Positions 1-54,977 of a stretch of 64,000 nucleotides of DNA are shown here, one piece after another; position 1 is the first letter of the stretch; every line of letters starts with the position of its first letter. The notes beneath the pieces are model-generated. The model did no database searches, was not told the origin of the DNA, and saw only the letters and a list, made by a program, of their open reading frames with translations. This stretch comes from the human T2T-CHM13v2.0 reference genome, Homo sapiens. Made by a program: the position numbers and the translations under genes. The stretch is taken from the NCBI RefSeq assembly GCF_009914755.1, contig NC_060940.1. One strand, written 5' to 3'.

Positions 1-1510
1 GCCTACCTGATCATGGTGGATTAGATTTTTGATGTGCTGCTGGATTTGGTTTGCAGGTAGTGTGTTGAGGATTTTTGCATTAGTGTTCATCAAGAATATT
101 GGCCTGAAATTTTCTTTTTTTGTTAAGCTGACACTTTTTAGTTTGATGCCACCCCATTTGTCTGGTTTGCTTTTGTTGCCTGTGCTTTTGGGGTCATATC
201 CAAAAAATCATTTCTCAGAAGCTTGATTGTCAAGAAGCTTTTCCCTTTGTTTTCTTCTAGTAGTTTTACAGTTTCAGGTCTTGTGTTTAAGTCTTTAATC
301 CATTTTGAGTTGATTTTGTATATGGTTTGGGATAAAGGTCTAATTTAATCCTTTTGAATATGAATATCCAGTTCTCCCCACACCATTTGTTGAAGAGAAT
401 GTCCTTTCTCCTTTGCATATTCTTGGCACCTTTATTGAAGATCAATTGACCATAAATGCATAGTTTTATTTCTAGCCTCCCTGTTCTGTTCCATTGGTTG
501 ATGTGTCTGTTTTTATGCCACCACCTTGCTGTTATGCTTACTAGAGCTTTCTTGACACAGTATGTTTTGAGATCAGGAATTATGATGCCTCCAGTATTTT
601 TTTTCTTGAGGATTGCTTTGGCTATTTAGGGTCTTCTGTGGTTCTACATAAATTTTAGTTTTTTTTCTATTTTTGTAAAAAAATGCCATTGGGATTTTGA
701 TAAGGATTGTACTGAATCAGAAGATTGCATTAATACTCCAGTCCATGAACATAGGATATCTTTCCATTTATTTTTGTCTTGTTTAACTTCCTTAATCAAT
801 GTTTTATAGTTTTAGTGTACATGTTTTTCACCTCTCTGGTTAAATTTAAGCTTAGGTATTTTTTTTGATGCTATTGTAAATGAGATTGTTTCTTGATTTC
901 TTTTTCAGATAGTTCATTGTTAGTGTATAGAAGCACTATTGATTTTTCACATTGATTTTGTAACCTGTAACTTTACTGAATTTATTCATTAGTTCTAGTA
1001 GTTCTTTTTTGGTGGAGTTTTTAGGGTTTTTTAAAAATATATTTATATATATATGTTTTTATATATATATCATTTTAAGTGTAAACAGAGACAAATTTCC
1101 TTTTTTATATCTGATTTGGGTCTCTTTCATTTATTTTTCTTGCCTAATTGCTGTGACCAGGACTTCCAGTACTATGTTACATAGAAGTAGTGAGAGTGAG
1201 CATTCTTGCCTTTTTCCTCATTTTAGTGGTAAAGCTTTCAATTTTTCACCATTGAGTATGATGTTTGTTGTGGGCTTGTCGTATATGGCCTTTATCATAT
1301 TGAGGTACATTCCTTCTGTAGCGAATTTATTGAGAGTTTTTATTATAAAAGAATGTTGAATTTTGTCAAATGCTTTTTTTTGCGTATATTGAGATGATCA
1401 TGTGGTTTTAGTCCTTCATTCTGTTAATGTGATATGCCACATTAATTGATTTGCATATGTGGAATCATCCTTGCATCTCGCATCCCAGGGATAAATCACA
1501 CTTGATCATG
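1..1510 (-). mobile_element. Degenerate LINE-1 ORF2 fragments (antisense to ITGAM)
   Basis: Typical reverse-strand L1 ORF2 motifs (ccattttgagttgatttt, ctgttctgttccattgg, gatcatggtggat). Confidence 0.85.
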
Positions 1511-1524
1511 GTTATTATCTTTTT

Positions 1525-1836
<312 letters not shown>

Positions 1837-2935
1837 TTATATGACTTTATATGTTTGTCAAAACTCATAAAACTATGTACTAAAAGGCTGAATTTTATTG
1901 TATGTAAACTCTTCCCCAATAAATCTGACCTAAAAAACAATCAAATTCTGTTGACTTTAGGATAAAGTATTCAGTTATCAATGAGTCTTCCCTCAATGGT
2001 GTATGAGGCAGAAATCACGTTGCAGAGCCGTGGCATGATGTCCCCTGCACATTCCCTTTCTAGAACTTGTCCCAGTTTGAAATTGCTATACACATCTCCC
2101 TGTTAATCCATTGATTACTCTCCTCTCCTCCACCTGGCTGCACTGAGGGCCCTGGAAGGCACTGTATCTCTATTACCCAGCTGTGTGCTTAGCAATAAGA
2201 AACACTTGTTTGTTGAATGAATGAATAAATGAATGAATGAATGTATGATTAAATAGGTGAATTTTATGGATGAATTCTACATATTGACCTTGAAGATATT
2301 TCTTAATATCACAACAAATATTCAAATAACAAATAGTTATTTTTAATCTAAGCCAGTTATTAGCCTTATTAGTCAGAGTGCCAACTTTGACTTTTTACCT
2401 CCCTAAAGATTCCCAATATATTGAAAGGGTGGTATTCTGTCTTCTCTTCTAGAATTTTCTATGTATTTTCCAACCCAAATTCTTCTTTGCTGCCTTAATA
2501 ATCTCCCAGGAATACCACCTGGAGTAAATCCTCACTCACTGCCCATTGACTCTACTATAGGCTTATTTTTTATCTTTTAAATTATTAAAATATATATATA
2601 TACACTTAGAGATTGGGATCTTGCTCTGTTGCCCAAGCTGGAGTGCAGTGGTGACAAAGCTCACTGCAGCCTTAAACTCCTTGGCTCAAGGGATCCTCCC
2701 ACTTCAGCCCCCCGAGGAGCTGGGATTACAGGCAGAAACCATTCTGCCAGGCTTATTATATAGGTTCCTTTAGCTGGCAGCACATTCAAGTGATAATTTA
2801 TCATGAACCATATAGAAGATCACATCTGCTCCAGAGGGATTCCCCCAGCAGGCATAACTTTTCTTCAGAGAGAGAAAACCTCCACATCTGCTTTAGGTGG
2901 GAAGAGGTGTGTGATTACGGTCCTGTCTCTTTCAG

Positions 2936-37128
<34,193 letters not shown>

Positions 37129-37779
37129 CGGCTCCTTCCCGACAGAGCTGCCTCTCGGTGGCCAGCAGGACTCTGCCCAGACCACACGTAGCCCCCAGGC
37201 TGCTGGACACGTCGGACAGCGAAGTATCCCCGACAGGACGGGCTTGGGCTTCCATTTGTGTGTGTGCAAGTGTGTATGTGCGTGTGTGCAAGTGTCTGTG
37301 TGCAAGTGTGTGCACATGTGTGCGTGTGCGTGCATGTGCACTTGCACGCCCATGTGTGAGTGTGTGCAAGTATGTGAGTGTGTCCAAGTGTGTGTGCGTG
37401 TGTCCATGTGTGTGCAAGTGTGTGCATGTGTGCGAGTGTGTGCATGTGTGTGCTCAGGGGCGTGTGGCTCACGTGTGTGACTCAGATGTCTCTGGCGTGT
37501 GGGTAGGTGACGGCAGCGTAGCCTCTCCGGCAGAAGGGAACTGCCTGGGCTCCCTTGTGCGTGGGTGAAGCCGCTGCTGGGTTTTCCTCCGGGAGAGGGG
37601 ACGGTCAATCCTGTGGGTGAAGACAGAGGGAAACACAGCAGCTTCTCTCCACTGAAAGAAGTGGGACTTCCCGTCGCCTGCGAGCCTGCGGCCTGCTGGA
37701 GCCTGCGCAGCTTGGATGGAGACTCCATGAGAAGCCGTGGGTGGAACCAGGAACCTCCTCCACACCAGCGCTGATGCCC

Positions 37780-37785
37780 AATAAA
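37780..37785 (+). terminator. Proximal polyadenylation signal AATAAA
   Basis: AATAAA followed ~35-75 nt later by a U-rich tract (ttcatttattatttc...ttttttgg). Confidence 0.55.
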
Positions 37786-38270
37786 GATGCCCACTGAGGA
37801 ATGATGAAGCTTCCTTTCTGGATTCATTTATTATTTCAATGTGACTTTAATTTTTTGGATGGATAAGCTTGTCTATGGTACAAAAATCACAAGGCATTCA
37901 AGTGTACAGTGAAAAGTCTCCCTTTCCAGATATTCAAGTCACCTCCTTAAAGGTAGTCAAGATTGTGTTTTGAGGTTTCCTTCAGACAGATTCCAGGCGA
38001 TGTGCAAGTGTATGCACGTGTGCACACACACCACACATACACACACACAAGCTTTTTTACACAAATGGTAGCATACTTTATATTGGTCTGTATCTTGCTT
38101 TTTTTCACCAATATTTCTCAGACATCGGTTCATATTAAGACATAAATTACTTTTTCATTCTTTTATACCGCTGCATAGTATTCCATTGTGTGAGTGTACC
38201 ATAATGTATTTAACCAGTCTTCTTTTGATATACTATTTTCATTCTCTTGTTATTGCATCAATGCTGAGTT

Positions 38271-38276
38271 AATAAA
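38271..38276 (+). terminator. Distal polyadenylation signal AATAAA of ITGAM
   Basis: AATAAA in U-rich context at the end of unique sequence, just before repeats resume. Confidence 0.8.
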
Positions 38277-38553
38277 TCAAATATATGTCATTTTTGCATA
38301 TATGTAAGGATAATTTATAGGATATGTTCCTGGAAGTTTGGGTTCTCCCAGAAGCAAACCCAAGAATTTGGGTGAAACAAGCGTATTTAAGAGGTGGCAG
38401 GCCAGGCATGGTGGCTCACACCTGAAATCCCAGCATTTTGGGAGGTGAAGGTGTGAAGATTGCTTGAGCTCAGGAGTTCGAGACTAGCCTGGGCAACATA
38501 GTGAGAACCTGTGTCCACGAAAAATTAAAAAAATTTAGCCAGGCCTGGTGTTA

Positions 38554-38781
<228 letters not shown>

Positions 38782-39829
38782 TCAGGAGTTTGAGACCAGC
38801 CTGTCGAACTTGGTGAAACCCCGTCTCTACTAAAAATACAAAAAAATTAGCCATGCATGGTGGCAGGCAACTGTAATCTCAGCTACTTGGGAGGCTGAGG
38901 AAGGAGAATTGCTTTAACCTGGGAGGTAGAGGTTGCAGTGAGATATGATTGCATCACTGCACTCCAGCCTGGGCGACAGAGCAGGACTCCATCTTAAAAA
39001 AAAAAAAATAAATAAAATAAAATAAAATAAAGAGATGGCTCCAGGAAATACCGAGGAAGGGAAGGCTGCCAATAACAGGTGTATCACCCACAGAGAAGCT
39101 GCTGTGAGTTCCTGGAGCTTCACCCCACTGGGCAGTTCTCGGAGGCAGTGCAGAACACGCACCTCAGTATCACCCCACCCAGGGGAGAAGGCTGGAGCGC
39201 ATAGACACCGATTCCACTTAGCTATTGGATGAGGGCTGCTCTTGGTGGGGAGAGTGTGTTAATTTCCTACCACTTCTGGCCTGCCCTGAGTGTGAGGAGA
39301 GTGGGCTCTAGTGGCCAGAGAAAGTGATACCAGTGCTGCTGGCTGGATGTTTGACAGGTGAACACAGCCCCTGACACGGTGCCTTTGGTTCAGGTCAGGG
39401 CACCAGGAGCACTTGCTGCCAAGGTGTGTGCAGGTGACATTTTGGTGGCTGCTTCCTCAGAGGGAGGATGCCCAGTGCCTGTCCCTCATACTTTGCAAAC
39501 ACAGTAAACACTAGCCTGGCCTGAACATACATCCTCTCTAATCCTCACACCAGTCCTTGGTATTTACATGAATTTCACTTATGAGGAAACCTAGGCTTAG
39601 ATAGATCATACCAGTTGCCTGAGGTCATACAGCTGGGAAGGAATGGAGCTAGGAGTTAATCCCAGCTCTGCCTAGGTCTAAAGCTTTTCTCTTTTACTGT
39701 CCTGACAGCCTCAGAGGAATGGCCCCAGAACAGGCATGAGGGAGTGTGGGGAGAGGGTGGCTGTTATTTAACTGTTATGATATTGGGTTAAAGCATATGA
39801 AATTGATGACATGTTTTTGGACAAAAATG

Positions 39830-40067
39830 TTTCTTTCTTTTCTTTCTTTCTTTCTCTTTCTCTCTTTTCTTTCTCTCTCTCTTTCTTTCTCCTTCTTTCT
39901 TTCTTTCTCCTTCTTTCTTTCTTTCCCTTCCTTCCTTCCTTCCTTTCCTTCCTTCCTTCCTTCCTTCCTTCCTTCCTCCTTCCTTCCTTCCTTCCTTCCT
40001 CCTTCCTTCCTTCCTTCCTTCCTTTCTTTTTTCTTTCTTTCTTTCCTTCCTTCCTTCCTTCCTTCCT

Positions 40068-40139
<72 letters not shown>

Positions 40140-40140
40140 T
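39830..40140 (+). repeat. (TTCC)n/(TTTC)n microsatellite, tail of antisense Alu 40140-40432
   Basis: Direct inspection. Confidence 0.95.
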
Positions 40141-40292
40141 TTTTTCATGGAGTCTTGTTCTGTCGCCCAGACTGGAGTACAGTAGTGTGATCTCAGCTCA
40201 CTACAACCTCTCCCTCCCGGGTTCAAGTGATTATCTTGCCTCAGCCTCCTGAGTAGCTGGGATTACAGGCGTGCACCACAATGTCTGGCTAA

Positions 40293-40532
<240 letters not shown>

Positions 40533-40914
40533 TAGGGAGGTGAAGGAAGGGTCCCCAAGGGAGGTGACACCTGACTGAAGCAGGGCCAGAAGATCTCCAG
40601 GCAGAAGGGAGGGCAGGGGAGGCTGGGAGAGTGGGCAGGGCTTGGGCATGAGTGCTTTGTAAGCCAGAGTGAGTAGTTCCAATTTCACTCAAAGTGAAGT
40701 GAGATGCCCTCAAAAGGTGGCTAATGAGACAATGGCCCTTTGTATCTGTGGGGGTGACACAAAACACGGTCACCTTTAGACGGTTCTTTGCTATTTCCTC
40801 TCCTGACTTAAATAAAGTCTGTTAAGAATTTCTGTGTTTCCTTATGTTGAAAGATAAAAGTCCTCAATATCTGCAGAAGTCCTGAATTGCTCCGGGAACA
40901 GAGAGAGTTCTGTA

Positions 40915-41080
40915 CCTTTAGTCGCCTGTCCTTTCACCCTCCATGTCTGTAGTCGCCTGTCCTTGCAGCCTCCATGCTGGTCCTTGTAGCCTTCGTACCT
41001 AGTTGCTTGTCCTGGCAGCCTCCATACCTGTAGTTGCCTGTCCTTGCAGCCTCCGTGCCTGTAGCCGCCAGTCTTTGCAG
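40915..41080 (+). repeat. Degenerate ~31-bp tandem repeat (ctgtagtcgcctgtccttgcagcctccatgc), ~5 copies
   Basis: Direct inspection. Confidence 0.8.
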
Positions 41081-43257
41081 GGCAGTTAAAGTCCTGTGAA
41101 CTCAGAGTTCACCTCCGCGTCTTCAAATGAGAAGCTTGTGTTGAATTCAGCCAGATAGGAGCTTTATGATGGGTTAGAAAAGTCAATCATTTCAAGCGAC
41201 AGATTTCCCTAGCATGACCACAAAGTGACTAATAAACAGGACCATAAATCTGGTGATAAGTGGCCAAGTCCAGGAACGTCTGCTTGCTTTTATTTTTGGG
41301 GATTTCTCACTTCAGAATAAATGAATCCCTTCAGTATCCACTCTCCTTTTCCTACTTAGAGTAGAATCTTAATTTGGGCCACCATGGGAGATGGTTACAA
41401 TTCTGACTCCCAGTGAATGGTGCTTCCCGGCCCTACACCCTTGCAGTGTGACATTGCTGTCCCTGACATCACATGGTGCGGCCTGTCTACCTCTTTGAAT
41501 CTGGGCTGGTCCCGTGGTTTGCTTTGATTAATAGAATACAGTAGGAGTGTGGTCGTGTGAGTTCTGGAGCCTAGACCTTTAGGAGCACAGCAGATCCTGC
41601 CCTGCACCCCTCGGAACACTGAGGTCACCACGCCGTGATCCATATGGCCCACTGGAGAAAGAGTGGACTCATGGAGGAGACAGCGGAGGCCACTGCCACT
41701 GTGCATGCATGAGGCTGCTGTGATCCTTCCATCCAGCTGTCCAACACCTGCAGCCACTGGAGAGTCCCACAGAACTGCCTGGATTGTCACCTCATGCAAC
41801 TGTGAGAAATAATCAATTACTGATGTCTCAGTCCTGCGTGGTGGTTTGTTACGCTGCAATGGATATTGCGTATAGCCCCTTAGTTATAGGGTTCGTCTCC
41901 CCACCTCCTGTGCAGCTGGTGTGGCTGCCTGGCGAGGTTCTGGCTGATGGGATGTGAGCAGCAGTGAAGCGAGCAACTTCGGAGCCAGGTCCTTTGAGGG
42001 AAGAAGTGTCGTTTCTTTTCACCACCTTCCCGCTGGCTGGAGTGTCAGCATCACGGTGCACAATTTTGGACCCTGAAGATGAGTTTGACATCGAAGAATG
42101 CAAGAGTGGAACAGAGGAGGCTGGGTCCCGCCTCTGCGGAGGCACCATGTCAGCCCTGGACTCCATATTCTCATGCCATTACAGGAGAGAGATGAGAACA
42201 CTGGTCTTGTTGAAAACACTATCACTCAGAGCCTCCGATACAGCAGTTTATCTGTTTTGTTAATTGATATCACCACCTTCCCAAAGATTCTGTTCTCCCA
42301 ATTGTGGTAAAGGCCGAAGTCGTCTTCTTCTTATTCTTCTTTTTCTTTTTTCAGACAGTGTCTCGCTCTGCTGCCAAAGCTGGAGTGCAGTGGCGTGATC
42401 ACAGCTCACTGCAACCTTGAGCTCCTGGGCTCAAGTGATCTCCCACATCAGCCTCCCGAGTAGGTGGAACTACAGGCATGTGCCACCATGCCTGGCTGAT
42501 TGTTTTATGATTTTTTTTTGTAGAGACGGGGTCTTGCTATGTTGCCCAAGCTGGTCTTGAATTCCTGGCCTCAGGTGATCCTTCCTTCTTGGCCTCTCAA
42601 AGCACTGGGATGTCAGGTGTGAGCTGCCACTCCCGGCCTCTGAAGGCCTCTTGATGGTGCAGCTACCCCAGCTTCTAGCATTTTAATCCCTTTCCTCTTA
42701 TCACTACTCATGATAAGGCCAGCACTCAAAATAGAGGGTCCCCAAGATGGTCACAGGTGCAGTTATGTTTTCTCCATGTGTAGGACCTTCCGTGATGAGC
42801 CCATGTGGCTTGGTCTCTAGGGATTTACCCTCCATCTCTGAGAGCACTGTGGGGTGGGTCCTCTCCCTTCATTCCTTCCCACCTGGTGGCAGGATGACCT
42901 GATAGAGAAATAGGCTGTGACCTGTCCCCCCTGCAGATGCATGAGAAAGCTGCTAGAAAGGTGCTTCCCTCCCTTTCTGGAGTGATTCTCGAGAGATGTG
43001 TGCCCAGATGGTGTGGATTTCCCTTTCCCAGGGAAAACACACAGGCTTTGTTTTTGGAGATTCTTAGCTCATAATCACTTCCAATTCAGAAAAGAGATTC
43101 CAAACTCACAGCCTTTGGACCAAATCCAGCTGTCAGGTCTTATTTGACCCACATGGTCTTGTTTGTTTGTTTTTGATTAGTTGCTGACATTTTAAAATTG
43201 AGAGATTTCTGAGAGGAATCTGTATTTATAGTTTTTCTTGAAAAATTGGAGGCCAGT

Positions 43258-49435
<6,178 letters not shown>

Positions 49436-49446
49436 GAAAAATTGGA

Positions 49447-50062
<616 letters not shown>

Positions 50063-51005
50063 GAAAAACTGAAACGTTTGGCAATATGAGGCTGCAACAG
50101 AACTGCCCTATTAGGCAGGACACGGCTCTCCAATCACTCTGGTCCCCTGACTCCACATAGCACTCTGGCCTCTGAGCCTGGGCAGTTGTTTTTGAGGTGA
50201 CCTTTGAGACCCTGGCTTCCTCTGTAGCTCAGCTTCTGCTCCGGCCCACCCCTCCCTCTTGAACCTCACATTTCCGAGGTGAGCCACACTTTGGTTGACC
50301 AACACGCTTCTGAAAGTGAAAGGCATTGTGATTAGTAATTACCGGAGAAGCCCGGCTTCAACATGGCCTATCTGGGAAGGTCGGGACCTGTCCGCGTTCC
50401 CCTAACTCCCTTTCACCTCTCAACCTTTGCCTATGCTGTATCCTCTGCCCAGAACTCACTTCCTTTTCTTGTTCACCTGACCCCTGCCTCAGCTGAAGTG
50501 ATCTTCCTCCAGATCCTCTTGATCCCCCAGCTGGGAGAAGTTCTGCCTCTCACTTGCTGCCATGGCAACCTGCATTTCTTTTCCTGGAGACTGTACATTC
50601 CCAGGGGACAGGAAGCCCCATCACACCCCTAGACCCTAGGACAATACCCAGAACATGTAACAAACAATTGCTGAGAGAGGGAATGAATGAATGAACAGGC
50701 CTGGGTTTCCCCAGCTTCCTATTCTCTGTGCACTCTTGAAGGAGAGACAGCTCTCAGACATCCCTTTCCCTTCATCCTAACACATCTTCAGGACCATATA
50801 GTATCCAACTGGGCCACTTCACATTTTTCTTTCTTTCTTTTTTTTTTTTTTTTTTTTGAGACAGGGTCTTTCTCTTTCATCCAGGCTGAGTGCAGTGGTG
50901 CGATCATAGCTCACTGCATACTTGATCTCCCAGGCTCAAGGGATCCTCCTGCTTCAGCCTCCTGAGTGGTTGGGACTACAGGCCCACATTACTGTGCTAG
51001 CCTAA

Positions 51006-51224
<219 letters not shown>

Positions 51225-51479
51225 TGAACTCCTGACCTCGTGATTTGCCCACCTCAGCCTCCCAAAGTGCTGGCATTGCAGGTGTGAGCCACCGTGCCCA
51301 GCCAGTACTAGCCTAATTTTTAAATTTTTGTAAAGTCAGGGTCTTGCTGTGTTGCCCAGGCTGGTCTTGAGCTCCTGAGCTCAAGTGATCCTCCTGCTTC
51401 TGCCTCCCAAAGTGCTGGGATTACAGGCATGAGCCACCGCACCTGGCATACTTCACATTTTCTAGAGTCCAAGAGACTG

Positions 51480-51910
51480 AATATACAAAGGGATAGTGGT
51501 CAGACTAGACATAAAAATAGACATCTGCCCCCCAGCCTGCAGCAACCAGCCCAGGAAGCCTATCAATAACTAACAATCAGCCCCATGTCCAGGACTTAAT
51601 CAATAACTGATGGCTTCCCTAATTTTTGTCCCTACTTCCAACTTAGGACCAACCAGACAAAGCCAAATATGTCCCCTAGTCAATTGCACAGGATGCCCGC
51701 TTCCAGTGAGCCACATACAGCTTCCCAGGCCAGCAGCTTCTACTTGGGGCATCCCTGAAGACTTCCCAGTTTCCACTACAAAGCTTTCCTACTGTACTGC
51801 CCATTTTTGAGTCTCTGCCAAAACACCAGTGATGGCCACTGACTCCCTTGCTAGAGCCAGCTTTGAATAAATAGACTTCGCCTGTTCTCATTTGGTTGGT
51901 CTTTGTGTCT
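51480..51910 (+). mobile_element. ERV-type solo LTR (family not determined)
   Basis: LTR-like order of motifs (aactaacaatc, accaaccag, aaagctttcc, gaataaata...ctttgt). Confidence 0.55.
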
Positions 51911-52699
51911 TTCCGCAATCCTCTGGTCCAGCTACTGTGATAAATAGATCAATAGAGCAATTTCCTTTCTGCTTCCTCTGTGGGCATTCCCATCTTGGCG
52001 CAGACTTGAACAATTGCTAAAATCCTTCCCCTTATCTGCCCCCTATGCCCCACTGCCATTAAAGGATAAGATCCCTCTGCAGGCTGGGCTGAGTGAATGT
52101 GAACGGAATGCATTGGTTGCCAAGTTCTGCCATATACGCATTTGCCTGTTGAGACCAATCCTGCTACCATGCCAGGGCCAGGAGAGAGAAGCTGAGTGGG
52201 ATGACCCTGCCTTACTCCTCCTCTTTGGAATTCTCCCTCTCTTAATTCACACAGGCATCTCCAGCCCAGCCCCTCCCAGGCACGGCCCCACTGGTTCAAG
52301 TTCTCACAGAGACCCTGGATTTCTGCCCTGTTCTGTTCTCTCACCCCACCTTCCTAGGGATTCTCTCACTCCCTCCTTTTACCCTAAAAAGGGATTAAGA
52401 TGAAATCATTCTGTGGTCACTAGATGTTGTCTGTGCCTGAGACTGAGCGTGGATCCGTTTCAGAGGCCTGCTGGGTTCCCCTACACATGGAAATAAAGAA
52501 AAATCTTGAGTTTCTTCAAGGAGAATTCCAGGCACCTTGCTAATCTGGAGAAGTATATGAGCAGCCCGGTAAGCAAGAAGATAACAGTCACTTCAAACAA
52601 TAGCCAAGGAAGTGAGAGCCACAAGATGTGTGGTTCCCCAGAAAACCAAGGGTTTTAACGTACATCCCTGAGTTGTTTTTCAGAAACCTGGACCCCCAC

Positions 52700-53084
52700 T
52701 GTATTAGTCCGTTCTTGCATTGCTACAAAGAACTTCCTGAGACCGGGTAATTTATAAAGAAAGGAGATTTAATTGGCTAATGGTTCCTCAGGCATTATAA
52801 GAAGCATGGATGGGGAGGCCTCAGGAAACTTACAGTCATGGTGGAAGGCGAAGAGGAAGGAGTCATGTCTTACACGGCTGGAGAAGGAAAGAAGACAGAC
52901 CAGGGCGAGGTGCTACACACTTTTAAACAACCAGATCTTGTGATGACTCACTCACTATCACGAGAACAGCAAGGGAGAAATCCGCACCCATGGTCCAATC
53001 ACCTCCCACCAGGCCCCTCCTCCAACACTGCAGATTATAATCCAACATGAGATTTGAGTGGGGACACAAATCCAAACCATATCA
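52700..53084 (-). mobile_element. MST/THE1-family MaLR LTR nested in an ERV1-type LTR (~52430-53450)
   Basis: tgtattagtccgttcttgcattgcta...gagatttgagtggggacacaaatccaaaccatatca. Confidence 0.85.
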
Positions 53085-53766
53085 CCCCCAGATGGAAAAT
53101 GCCATCTGCTGGTATGTAGGCCACTGATAAGGAGGAAGTGAAGACTGAACTCTGATCACTATTCTTTGCTCTAAATTTCTTCCTGAGGGCCCTGGAGAGA
53201 CAGTCACTCCCATAGGCCAGACCTTAATATTCCTTCCTGCTGACCCCAAGTTTTTAGATGAAGCTTTCCTTCCTTAACCAATTGCAAATCAAAGAATCTT
53301 TGAACCCATGTATGACTTGTAAGCCTTGCTTCAAGATATCCTGGCTTTTTAGGCCAAACTAATGTATAACCTCCAGGTATTGGTTTATGATTTTGCCTGT
53401 AACTTCTGCTTTCCTGAAATGTACCTCGCCCTTAAAAACTCTTGCTTGGAGGGTTAACATTGGGTTAACACCAATTTCTCAGTTGCTGTGTTGATGCTCA
53501 AGGCTCACAAGTGCCCCCAATCTCTGGGGAATGGTCTTGCCTGCAGGGGAGTAGCCCCTTCTTCTGTGTGGCAGTGGGATAAGCTAGAGGAAGTGGGGAA
53601 GAATGGCTGGTGGTCAATGACTGACCCACCCGGGGAGAACCAAGGGCCACACTTCAGCCTCAAGGAAGGACCCATTCATGCTCACAGCTTCCGGGGACCA
53701 GGCTGGAGTCAGGGTCAGGGGAGAGCTCCTTGTCACTTAGCCTCTTTCCCCACTCTATCCTGCTTT

Positions 53767-54977
53767 CTTCTCCTTGTCTCTCCAATGATGGGCATTGGAC
53801 ACTGAGCAGATACAACCAGGGGTCAGTTCCTGTCTGTGGGTGTAGGACGGATGGGTGATGGGAGGGTGGATGGGTTTGTGTGTGGACAAGTGGACGGATG
53901 GAAGGATGGGGTGGAGGGTGGATGGGCAGATGGGTGGGTGGATGGGTGAACAGGTGGATGGGTGGGTGGAGGGAAGCCTCCACCTTCAAATGGAAGCCTT
54001 CAAATGGAAGGTGTGGGTGTTGTCACCAACACTGCAAACCCAAGCCCCCTTCTGTGACCACCTCTTTTCTATAATCTTTCCTCTTCTCTCCCTTCTTCCC
54101 CAGTTTCTCAGTGACTTGTCTTCACTTCCCCTTTTCTCCTGTGTGTCTATTTCACTGAATTTAAATACAAATTAAATCCATATTCTTCTCATTCTGGTGA
54201 AATCGCTTGCCAGTGTGGGAGTCTGAGCAGGGACAGCCCTCATTTCTCCCGGGGCTTTGCCAGCAGGAGCTCCTTCCTCCCTCTTCCCTTTGCTCATGAC
54301 CCAGCATTTCCCTGTCTGCCAGGGATGCGTTGCCCACATTCCCCAACTTCTCATTGATTTCCTCTGCTTGACTTGTTTCCTGTTGCCTGTTACTCAAGTT
54401 AAATCCTTGTTTTATTCTAAATTTACACCAATTCAAGTTAGTTTACCTCTTAGGCGACTCTTGCTTTGCTCCAGGCGGCTTCTGATTCATGCAATTATTG
54501 AGCAGGTCTGCAGGTGAGGGGGCTGAGCATTTGGTCCATTTGCTTCAAACCTGTGCAGTCTCTTCTTCACCCACCCATCTACCCATCCACTTACCACCCC
54601 ATCATTCCATCCATTCACCTGTTCACCCACCCATCTACCCATTTACCCATCCACGCACCACTGCATCCTTCCGCCTATCCACCTGTTCACCCACCCACCC
54701 ACCCATCTACCCTTCCACCCATCCACTTGTTCACCCACCCATCTACCGATCCACCCACCACCCCATCCTTCCACCCATCCACCTGTTCACCCACCCACCC
54801 ACCCACCCACACATTTGCCCATCCACCCTCCACCCCATCCTTTCATCCATCCACCTGTCCACACACAAACCTATCCACCCTCCTGTCACCCATCCATCCT
54901 ACACCCACAGACAGGAACTGACCCCTGGTTGTATCTGCTCGGTGTCCAATGCCCATTGTTAGAGAGACAAGGAGAAG
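53767..54977. repeat. ~200-bp inverted repeat (53767-~53970 / ~54770-54977) with (GGAT/GGGT)n-type low complexity
   Basis: Near-identical peptide HPQTGTDPWLYLLxVQCPxLERQGE appears on - (53660..53989) and + (54815..55003). Confidence 0.93.

Larger units (their letters stand above)
37129..38290 (+). other. ITGAM: ITGAM 3'UTR with TG-rich block (37257-37480)
   Basis: Follows the stop codon; contains two AATAAA hexamers; end position approximate. Confidence 0.85.
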
